64,000 bases of DNA, taken from NCBI GenBank assembly GCA_041661385.1, contig JBAZUP010000002.1, forward strand, positions 14,670-78,669. The letters run 5' to 3'. The position numbers and the translations under genes were made by a program. The notes under the pieces were generated by a model. It was given only the letters and a program-made list of their open reading frames with translations. It searched no databases and was not told the DNA's origin. The DNA comes from Patescibacteria group bacterium (GTDB lineage Bacteria > Patescibacteriota > Patescibacteriia > Magasanikbacterales > GWA2-37-8). This document shows, piece after piece, positions 55,588-64,000 of this stretch; position 1 is the first letter of the stretch, and each line of letters opens with the position of its first letter.

Positions 55588-56799
55588 ATGTCAGAAATTA
55601 CCAAAGCAATTCAGGCGCTCTGCGATGAGAAAGCCCTCAGTTATGAAGCGGTCATGGAAACCATTGAAGCGGCGCTCGCTGCAGCTTACCGCAAAGATTT
55701 TGGCAACAAGCAACAAAACATCAAAGTAAAATTTGACCCGGACACTGGGGATATGGAAGCTTGGGATGTGAAAACTGTTGTTGAAGATATTGAACCGGAA
55801 GCGCTAGAAAAAGCTCAAGAAGAACTTTCTGCTCGCCGTGAAAAAGCGCGCGGAGAAAATCGCGAACTTACCGAAGAAGAAATGGCCGATTTGCCTCGCT
55901 TCAATCCAAAAACTGAAATCATGATGGCTGAAGCAAAAGTAATTAAAAAGAAAGCCAAAATCGGCGACGTTCTTGAAATTGTTCTCGAAATTCCGCACGA
56001 CTTCGGACGCATGGCCGCCCAGACTGCGAAACAAGTTATTATTCAAAAGATTCGTGAGGCCGAACGCAATATGGTATTCGGAGATTTCAAAGGGCAAGAA
56101 GGCCAAATTATTATGGGTACGATTCAGCGCGTGGAAGGACGTAAAGTTTTGGTTGATCTTGGAAAAATTACCGGTATCATGCCAAGCGACCAACAAAATT
56201 ACAACGAACATTACCGCCCGGGCAACCGCATGAAATTTTATGCTGTGTCTGTGCAGATGACAAATAAAGGGCCGGAAATCGTATTATCACGCAGTGACAA
56301 AGGCATGGTTCGCGAAATTTTCAAGCAAGAAATTCCTGAAGTTCAATCGGGAGTCATTGAAATAAAAGGCATTGCCCGCGACCCGGGTTTCCGTTCCAAA
56401 GTTGCTGTTGCAACCAGTGATCCATCGATTGATCCAATCGGCTCATGTATCGGTCAGCGCGGCAGCCGTATTAACACCATTATTGAAGAACTTGGCGGTG
56501 AAAAAATTGATGTGATTCAATATAATGAAGACGCTGTTAAATATATTTCTCACGCTCTTTCTCCGGCAAAAATTTTGTCGGTAGATTTGAACGAAGGCGA
56601 CAAGGTTGCGACTGTCTCGGTTGCACCTGAGCAATTTTCTATTGCCATCGGACGCAGCGGACAAAATGTGCGCCTCGCTTCCGAATTGGTAGGTTGGAAA
56701 ATAAATGTTCAGGAACCGGCCGGCGGAGCAGTTAAAGATGAAGCAGTAGAAACTGCCGAAACAACCGAAGAAGTTAAAGAAGAAACTAACAAAGAATAA
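55588..56799 (+). CDS. nusA: Transcription termination/antitermination factor NusA
   Basis: N-terminal domain, S1, and two KH domains (GSCIGQRGSRINTI, GRSGQNVRLA). Preceded by TTGACA-17-TATCAT (about 55487-55515). Confidence 0.9.
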   Translation: MSEITKAIQALCDEKALSYEAVMETIEAALAAAYRKDFGNKQQNIKVKFDPDTGDMEAWDVKTVVEDIEPEALEKAQEELSARREKARGENRELTEEEMADLPRFNPKTEIMMAEAKVIKKKAKIGDVLEIVLEIPHDFGRMAAQTAKQVIIQKIREAERNMVFGDFKGQEGQIIMGTIQRVEGRKVLVDLGKITGIMPSDQQNYNEHYRPGNRMKFYAVSVQMTNKGPEIVLSRSDKGMVREIFKQEIPEVQSGVIEIKGIARDPGFRSKVAVATSDPSIDPIGSCIGQRGSRINTIIEELGGEKIDVIQYNEDAVKYISHALSPAKILSVDLNEGDKVATVSVAPEQFSIAIGRSGQNVRLASELVGWKINVQEPAGGAVKDEAVETAETTEEVKEETNKE

Positions 56800-56801
56800 T
56801 T

Positions 56802-57557
56802 ATGTTCTCTTCCGTTTTTCACGAGGTTTTATACAAACCACTATTTAATTTATTTGTCGGTTTGTATAATATTATTCCCGGCCACGATCTTGGCGTTGTT
56901 ATTTTAATTATCACAATAATTCTTAGGGTTATTTTGTACCCGCTTACCACTGCCTCAATCAAGGCCCAAAAGTCTTTACAGGATTTGCAGCCGAAATTAG
57001 ACGCGATAAAAAAAGAATTTCCAACTGACAAACAAAAACAAGCTCAGGCCACCATGGAATTATATAAAAATAATAAAGTTAATCCGCTCGCGTCTTGTTT
57101 GCCGCTCCTTATTCAACTGCCGCTGCTCATTGCCTTATTTTGGGTTTTGCGCGACGGTCTCGCTTCAAAAGATTTGGCCACGAATTTGTATTCATTTGTT
57201 ACGAACCCGGGAACACTCAAATCTATTTCCTTTGGTTTTCTTGATTTATCGAAACCGAGCATCATTCTTGCGGTACTTTCCGGTGCGGCTCAGTTTGTAC
57301 AGACCAAAATGTTAAGTAGAAAATCTCCTCCGAAAGAGGCGGGTGCCGGAGCGAAGGATGAAGATATGGCAACAACCATGAATAAACAGATGCTATATAT
57401 GATGCCGATTATGACCGTGATAATCGGTATAAAATTTCCAGCCGGTTTATCGCTTTATTGGTTTTTCAGCACCGCGCTTATGGTTCTTCAGCAATATATA
57501 GTATTTAAAAAACCCCAAACCCCAATATCCAATGACCAAGTGGTCTCAAAGCAATAA
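56802..57557 (+). CDS. yidC: Membrane protein insertase YidC (short Gram-positive-like form)
   Basis: 251 aa with 5 TM helices and the conserved GCLPLLIQLP..ALFWVL region. Confidence 0.8.
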   Translation: MFSSVFHEVLYKPLFNLFVGLYNIIPGHDLGVVILIITIILRVILYPLTTASIKAQKSLQDLQPKLDAIKKEFPTDKQKQAQATMELYKNNKVNPLASCLPLLIQLPLLIALFWVLRDGLASKDLATNLYSFVTNPGTLKSISFGFLDLSKPSIILAVLSGAAQFVQTKMLSRKSPPKEAGAGAKDEDMATTMNKQMLYMMPIMTVIIGIKFPAGLSLYWFFSTALMVLQQYIVFKKPQTPISNDQVVSKQ

Positions 57558-57613
57558 TAATTTTCTTAAGTATTTTATTGGAAATTGGGATTTGGTCATT
57601 GAGATTTCATAAT

Positions 57614-57916
57614 AATATGTTCATCAACGAACAGACCTTGATCCGTCTGCCAGTGGTTACAAAATCGGGTGACAAACTCGGGCATATTATCGATATTGAA
57701 ATTGATGTTGATAATCATCAAATCCGCAAATATTTTGTCAGTTCACGTTTTCAAAAAGATACTTACCTCATTGCTCCCTCGCAAATTTTACAGATTACCG
57801 ACGAGAAAATTGTGGTAGAAGACACGGTAATTAAAGATCCGTCTAAACTTCTGAAAAAAAAGAATATCTTGCCGAGAAATTTGGATGCAGTATTGCCGGC
57901 TGAATTTAAAAATTAA
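57614..57916 (+). CDS. PRC-barrel-like small protein
   Basis: 100 aa. LPVVTKSGDKLGHIIDIEID resembles the YlmC/YmxH PRC-barrel fold. Tentative. Confidence 0.4.
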   Translation, partial: NMFINEQTLIRLPVVTKSGDKLGHIIDIEIDVDNHQIRKYFVSSRFQKDTYLIAPSQILQITDEKIVVEDTVIKDPSKLLKKKNILPRNLDAVLPAEFKN

Positions 57917-57920
57917 ACTT

Positions 57921-57950
57921 ACAAAGCCCCCTTGGGGGCTTTTGTTTTTA
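57921..57950 (+). terminator. Intrinsic terminator
   Basis: AAAGCCCCCTTGGGGGCTTTTGTTTTTA. Confidence 0.7.
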
Positions 57951-57966
57951 TAGGTATACTAAAGGT

Positions 57967-58881
57967 ATGAAAGCAGAAACAGCTATTATAAAAACCTTGT
58001 CATATTTTGATGTTTTTAATTTTCCTTTGACCAAGGAAGAGCTTTTAAATTATCTTTGGCAGGGCCATGAACAAAATGAGGTGGAAGTTAATACAGCGCT
58101 TCAGGCGCTGGTGTCGGCCGGTAAAGTGGGGGGAGTTGGGTCGTATTATTTTTTACCGGGTCGCGAGGATATTATTGTGAAACGCAATCTTGCGGTTGCT
58201 CATACCGAAAAAAAATTACGCCGCGCTCAGTTTGCAATCAAACTAATTTCTGGTATTCCGTTTTTAAAAGCAGTTTTTGTCTGCAACTCGGTCGCGGCGG
58301 AAACCGCTAGTGCTGAAAGCGATATAGATTTTTTTATTGTGTCCGCCGAAGGGCGGCTCTGGCTGGTGCGGTTTTTCTCCAATCTTATTTTGCGCGTTTT
58401 AGGCCTGCGTACTGGCAAACTGCATAGCGCCAACCGGGTTTGCTTATCTTTTTTTGTGGGGGAAAAGCATCTTGATCTTACCGGACTTCGGATTTGTGAA
58501 GAAGATATTTATTTAGTCTATTGGTTACGCCAGCTTTATCCGCTGTATGATCCGAAAAATTTTCTAATCAAAATTTGGCGAGCCAACGGTTGGGCGAAAG
58601 ATTATTTAAAGTTGCCATCCGCGTCTGCAGTAAAAAATGAAAAACCAGATCAATTTAAAATAATTATTGAGCGGGCACTGCAGGGCAAGACTGGCGACGG
58701 GTACGAAAAAATATTGAAAAAAATTCAGTGGTCTAAGCTGCGGCCCGAGCTGAAAAAGCTGGCGGAAGAAAACGGTAAAGAAGTGGTGATTAATGAAGGG
58801 GTTCTAAAATTTCATGAAACCGACGCCCGAATGCGAATTCGCGAAACTTGGTTAAAAAATATTCAGAAATATGTTAGCTAA
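57967..58881 (+). CDS. Hypothetical protein with a possible Pol-beta-like nucleotidyltransferase motif
   Basis: 304 aa. SAESDIDFFIV resembles the GS..D.D NTase signature. Otherwise unrecognised. Confidence 0.4.
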   Translation: MKAETAIIKTLSYFDVFNFPLTKEELLNYLWQGHEQNEVEVNTALQALVSAGKVGGVGSYYFLPGREDIIVKRNLAVAHTEKKLRRAQFAIKLISGIPFLKAVFVCNSVAAETASAESDIDFFIVSAEGRLWLVRFFSNLILRVLGLRTGKLHSANRVCLSFFVGEKHLDLTGLRICEEDIYLVYWLRQLYPLYDPKNFLIKIWRANGWAKDYLKLPSASAVKNEKPDQFKIIIERALQGKTGDGYEKILKKIQWSKLRPELKKLAEENGKEVVINEGVLKFHETDARMRIRETWLKNIQKYVS

Positions 58882-60172
58882 AATTTGGAAGATATTATTA
58901 ATAATGTATGTTTTTATTTTGCCTTGGCAAACAAGGTTTATTTATGAACCAAGATTTTTGAACGGCGGTTTTTGGGAATATGGCAGTGCGAGTTTCTTTG
59001 GTTCAGAGATTTTGCTTTGGATAATAGTAATTCTTTTTGCTATAGACTTTTTTCGAAAAAAATCATTTTCACACTTGTTTGGAAAAATACATTACGAAAC
59101 TCATAAAAAGAATTTGTGGCTCGCGATGTCGGTAATTTTTTTTATTATCGTTTTAGTTTTACACAGCGTCAATCGGGTGGTTTCGTATGAATACGCATTT
59201 CGTATTTTAGAAGGGGTTTGTTTGTTTTTGGTTCTGGCCGGTTCCGGCGAAAAAAATAAACTCTTGCATTCGTTTTGGCTTGGGGCGATCGTGCAAGCTT
59301 TGCTTGGTATCTATCAGTTTTTTTCACAGGCGGTTGTCGCTAATAAGTGGCTTGGTCTTGCCGCGCATAAACCGGCGGAGCTTGGAAGTTTTGTTGTAGA
59401 ATTTGGCGATGAACGCTGGCTTCGGGCATATGGCGCTTTTGGTTCGCCAAATATTTTGGGCGGGTTTCTTGCCGCGGCATTCGTACTCGGAATTATTTTA
59501 TATTTATATAGCTCACCGGCTTCAAAAATATATCTCATTCTCGGTCAGTCGATAATTTTAACCGGTCTTGTCATGTCGTTTTCTCGCGGCGCCTGGGCCG
59601 CGGCAATTTTTGGCTGGGTAATTTGCGGAATATATATTATTTATACTGGAAAAAATAAAGAACTGCCATTTTTTAAACGCTACCATTTGTTTGGTCCATA
59701 TTTAAAACAATCTATTTTTTACGCGGTCATTTTCGCTGGTTTATTTACTTTGCTTTCTCCGATATTTTTTGTCCGGTTTAATTCGAGTTACCGGCTAGAA
59801 GCAAAGTCATTATCCGATCGCGGGAAACAATATCAAGAGTCCTTTAAAATTTTAAATAAAAATTTATTACTTGGAGTCGGGCCGGGAGCCTATACCTATC
59901 AGCTGTATAAAAATGAGCCGACCAAAAAAGTTTATGATTATCAGCCGGTTCACAATATATATTTTCTGATTCTATGTGAATGGGGGATCTTTGGATTTGC
60001 CTTTTGGGCAGCTTTATTTGGTTTTGTAATCCGGGAAATTTGGCGTCGCCGACCTGAATATTTGGCTTTGATATTTACCGTGCTACTTGCGGCCGCTTTC
60101 GATCATTTCTGGTGGAGTTTGCCAGGCGGAATGGCTCTGTGGTGGGTAATCTTCGGCATGCTGCTTGCGTAG
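58871..60172 (+). CDS. O-antigen ligase/O-antigen polymerase (Wzy_C/WaaL-like) polytopic membrane protein
   Basis: About 11 TM helices and a periplasmic loop with SFSRGAWAAAIFG typical of the WaaL/PglL/Wzy_C family. Overlaps the upstream gene by 11 nt. Confidence 0.6.
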   Translation: MLAKIWKILLIMYVFILPWQTRFIYEPRFLNGGFWEYGSASFFGSEILLWIIVILFAIDFFRKKSFSHLFGKIHYETHKKNLWLAMSVIFFIIVLVLHSVNRVVSYEYAFRILEGVCLFLVLAGSGEKNKLLHSFWLGAIVQALLGIYQFFSQAVVANKWLGLAAHKPAELGSFVVEFGDERWLRAYGAFGSPNILGGFLAAAFVLGIILYLYSSPASKIYLILGQSIILTGLVMSFSRGAWAAAIFGWVICGIYIIYTGKNKELPFFKRYHLFGPYLKQSIFYAVIFAGLFTLLSPIFFVRFNSSYRLEAKSLSDRGKQYQESFKILNKNLLLGVGPGAYTYQLYKNEPTKKVYDYQPVHNIYFLILCEWGIFGFAFWAALFGFVIREIWRRRPEYLALIFTVLLAAAFDHFWWSLPGGMALWWVIFGMLLA

Positions 60173-60248
60173 TAAATAATTGTGGAAAAACGGGAGTCGA
60201 CAGCTTGACAGTTTTTCTAATCAGCTATAAAATGCTCTATACAAGATA

Positions 60249-60275
60249 TTATCACTCCTTAAATTAGAGTGATAA
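60249..60275 (+). promoter_or_regulatory. CIRCE-like inverted repeat (HrcA operator) upstream of groES
   Basis: TTATCACTC-N9-GAGTGATAA vs consensus TTAGCACTC-N9-GAGTGCTAA. TTGACA at 60203-60208 and a TATAAA candidate upstream. Confidence 0.75.
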
Positions 60276-60302
60276 TTTATTCTTAATTAACTTCGTATAA
60301 GT

Positions 60303-60593
60303 ATGCGTATAAGACCATTAGGAGATAATGTATTAATCAAACAAACTAAGGCGGATGAAGTGACTTCGTTTGGGTTGGTGCTACCGGAAAAAGATGAAAA
60401 AAAGCCTGAGGGTGACGTAGTTGCGGTCGGTCCAGGAAAATTATTAGAAAACGGCAGTCGATCAGCTTTGGAAGTAAAAGTTGGCGATCGGGTAGTTTTA
60501 AAAAGCTGGGGAGGAGAAAAGGTTGAAATAGATAAAGAAGAATACAAAATAGTTTCCGCCGATGAAATACTCGCGGTTGTTGAAAAAAATTAA
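60303..60593 (+). CDS. groES: Co-chaperonin GroES
   Basis: 96 aa. IRPLGDNVLIK ... GGEKVEIDKEEY. Confidence 0.95.
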   Translation: MRIRPLGDNVLIKQTKADEVTSFGLVLPEKDEKKPEGDVVAVGPGKLLENGSRSALEVKVGDRVVLKSWGGEKVEIDKEEYKIVSADEILAVVEKN

Positions 60594-60601
60594 CATAATA
60601 A

Positions 60602-62242
<1,641 letters not shown>

Positions 62243-62255
62243 GGTTGGCGGCATG

Positions 62256-62291
62256 CCTGCCCGCATTGCTACGCAAAGCGTTGCAGGCGGG
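62256..62291 (-). repeat. Isolated inverted copy of the 5' hairpin module of the 395-bp repeat
   Basis: CCTGCCCGCATTGCTACGCAAAGCGTTGCAGGCGGG is the reverse complement of CCCGCCTGCAACGCTTTGCGTAGCAATGCGGGCAGG at 52965-53000. The real groEL terminator hairpin follows at 62312-62345. Confidence 0.65.
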
Positions 62292-62311
62292 TACTAAAAA
62301 TTTTAAACTAA

Positions 62312-62345
62312 CCCTTCGCATTTCGCGGAGGGTTTTTTATTTTAG
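62312..62345 (+). terminator. Intrinsic terminator after groEL
   Basis: CCCTTCGCATTTCGCGGAGGG followed by TTTTTTATTTT. Confidence 0.65.
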
Positions 62346-62406
62346 AGTTGTATTAATAATAAAAACAGGGTAAAATAATGCTGTTCTTAGCGAAGCAATA
62401 ATTTAT

Positions 62407-62892
62407 ATGCCAATTGCAGTAATGCATTTTTTTAGCCAATTTCCGCCCACGGTCAGTGTTATTTTAATGGGAGTACTACCGATAGTAGAAAGGTTTGCTT
62501 TGCCGGTCGCAGTAGTGGGTTATAAAATGCCGTTACTCGAGGCCTTTACTTTAGTTATTATTTCCAACATGGTGCCGGTGGTTACGATTTCACTCCTCGG
62601 AGAAAAATTTCATATTTGGATATCTCAGCACGACAGTATTTTTGGCAAGGCTTGGGTGCACACGGTTGCTCATGCGCAAAAAAAGTTTTTGAAATATGAA
62701 AAATATGGCTTAATTGGTCTTTTCGTATTTTTAATTATTCCTTCTCCGGTCAACGGGGCATTTTCTGCTTCTATTGTCGCATTTATTCTCGGTTATCCGA
62801 TGCGCAAATCTATCCCGTATTTGTTTGCCGGCGTGGTAGTAGGAAATATTGTGACTTTACTTCTCACCTTTGGCGCCGTTCGGATTTTTTAG
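62407..62892 (+). CDS. Small polytopic membrane protein of unknown function
   Basis: 161 aa with 4 TM helices. No confident family assignment. Confidence 0.45.
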   Translation: MPIAVMHFFSQFPPTVSVILMGVLPIVERFALPVAVVGYKMPLLEAFTLVIISNMVPVVTISLLGEKFHIWISQHDSIFGKAWVHTVAHAQKKFLKYEKYGLIGLFVFLIIPSPVNGAFSASIVAFILGYPMRKSIPYLFAGVVVGNIVTLLLTFGAVRIF

Positions 62893-62893
62893 T

Positions 62894-63967
62894 ATGGAAG
62901 AAAGACTAAAAGCGTTGCGTGAAAAAATAATTAGCACGCAGCAGCTTTTGAAAATTGATGAGTTAAAAAATAAATTAGATCAGCTGGGCAAAGAAATGTC
63001 TTCAGCTGGTTTTTGGTCCGATCAAAAAAATGCGCAAAATATTTCTCAGGATTATCAGGATATAAAAAAAGAAGTTGATAAGTGGCTCGAAATAGAAAAT
63101 AAAGTAACTGATCTTTTGGAACTCTCTGCCGCCGCCGATAAAAGTTTGGTCAAAGAAATCGAAAGTCAAACTGCAGTTTTAGAAAAACAATTTTCTGATT
63201 ACGAATTTTATTTGTTGTTAAATGGTACTTACGATCAAAATAATGCGATCGTCGCCGTGCATGCCGGCAGTGGCGGAACCGAGGCGCAGGATTGGGCCGA
63301 AATGCTGGTCAGAATGTTGTTTCGTTTTAGTGAAAAACAAAATTGGTCCGTAAATGTTGTCGACGAATCTCGCGGCGCCGAAGCCGGGTATAAATCGATA
63401 ATGTTTGAAGTTAAGGGTCGCTATGCGTATGGTTATTTAAAATCCGAACACGGTGTTCACCGCTTGGTGCGCATCTCGCCATTTGATGCCGAAAAAATGC
63501 GCCATACTTCGTTTGCTTTGGTGGAAGTATTACCGGAAATAAATGATGAAATAGCCATTCAAATTAAGCCCGAAGATTTGCGTATTGATACATTTATGTC
63601 CGGCGGTAAGGGCGGTCAGAGTGTAAACACTACTTATTCGGCGGTTCGCATTGTGCACCTTCCGACAAATATTACCGTGCAATGCCAAAATGAACGCTCC
63701 CAACAACAAAATAAAGAAACGGCGATGAAAATTTTACGCGCCAGATTATATCGGTTAGAAGAAGAAAAGCGCGCGAAAGAAAGATTAGATTTGCGCGGTG
63801 AATACAAATCGGCCGAGTGGGGCAATCAAATTCGGTCTTATGTTTTACACCCGTATCATTTGGTAAAAGATCACCGTACCGAGTTTGAATCGACTGACCC
63901 CGAAAGTGTTTTAGAAGGAAAATTATTACCGTTATCGGAAGCTTATTTAAAGTGGATAAAAAGTTAA
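62894..63967 (+). CDS. prfB: Peptide chain release factor 2, encoded in a single frame without the programmed +1 frameshift
   Basis: SPF tripeptide (RF2 specificity) and GGQ motif. ATG at 62894 directly after the upstream stop. No internal in-frame UGA near codon 25. Confidence 0.85.
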   Translation: MEERLKALREKIISTQQLLKIDELKNKLDQLGKEMSSAGFWSDQKNAQNISQDYQDIKKEVDKWLEIENKVTDLLELSAAADKSLVKEIESQTAVLEKQFSDYEFYLLLNGTYDQNNAIVAVHAGSGGTEAQDWAEMLVRMLFRFSEKQNWSVNVVDESRGAEAGYKSIMFEVKGRYAYGYLKSEHGVHRLVRISPFDAEKMRHTSFALVEVLPEINDEIAIQIKPEDLRIDTFMSGGKGGQSVNTTYSAVRIVHLPTNITVQCQNERSQQQNKETAMKILRARLYRLEEEKRAKERLDLRGEYKSAEWGNQIRSYVLHPYHLVKDHRTEFESTDPESVLEGKLLPLSEAYLKWIKS

Positions 63968-64000
63968 TGTGGAAATAGTAACCCAATGTAACCTCGCAAA

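Noticed and set aside
62894-63000. Programmed +1 frameshift site (CUU UGA C) at the start of prfB
   Set aside because: The reading frame is continuous from the ATG at 62894, and there is no in-frame TGA in the first 40 codons.

Overview
This is a 64-kb window from a low-GC (roughly 35-40% GC by eye) bacterial chromosome with short intergenic spacers, many small secreted or membrane hypothetical proteins, and strong TTGACA-N17-TATAAT promoters. The gene content and style are consistent with a small-genome Patescibacteria/CPR-like organism, but that is inference. The window is dominated by housekeeping genes: clpC, pgm/manB-like, htpX, lemA, rseP, pheS, pheT, dnaE, tsaD, nrdD-nrdG, pyrD, lexA-dinB, two hup paralogs, rny, truB, infB, trxA, mutM, leuS, comEC, nusA, yidC, groES-groEL and prfB. 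It also carries two tRNAs (Met-CAT, Glu-TTC). There is no rRNA and no CRISPR array. The more unusual features are these. (1) A GC-rich, hairpin-dense ~395-bp repeat occurs in two full copies (44906-45300 and 52955-53350) plus a 36-nt inverted hairpin fragment (62256-62291). Substitutions between the copies preserve the hairpins, so it is a candidate novel structured RNA. (2) A complete Nudix-hydrolase domain with a perfect Nudix box is inserted inside leuS. (3) nrdD is interrupted by two in-frame stops in a GC-rich segment, leaving the glycyl-radical domain in a separate small ORF. (4) ComEC is split into a membrane-channel gene and a separate metallo-beta-lactamase-domain gene, with an intervening segment flanked by a 34-bp direct repeat and carrying SAM-methyltransferase genes. 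(5) Two diverged ~170-bp tandem units lie next to tRNA-Glu, each bearing a copy of the tRNA 3' end and a terminator-like hairpin. (6) Recurrent ~50-55% GC islets sit in the ~35-40% background as self-contained promoter-to-terminator units. Most encode small proteins, but one (54366-54778) has no convincing ORF. (7) A LexA/Cheo-box SOS module is present with a divergent two-gene operon of unknown function. (8) A ferric-reductase/NOX-like membrane flavoprotein is divergently paired with a secreted cytochrome-b5-like protein that also has peptidoglycan-binding domains. (9) A cluster of secreted proteins is present (tyrosine phosphatase, SH3b, HD-GYP-like). All coordinates of regulatory hairpins are approximate (a few nt).
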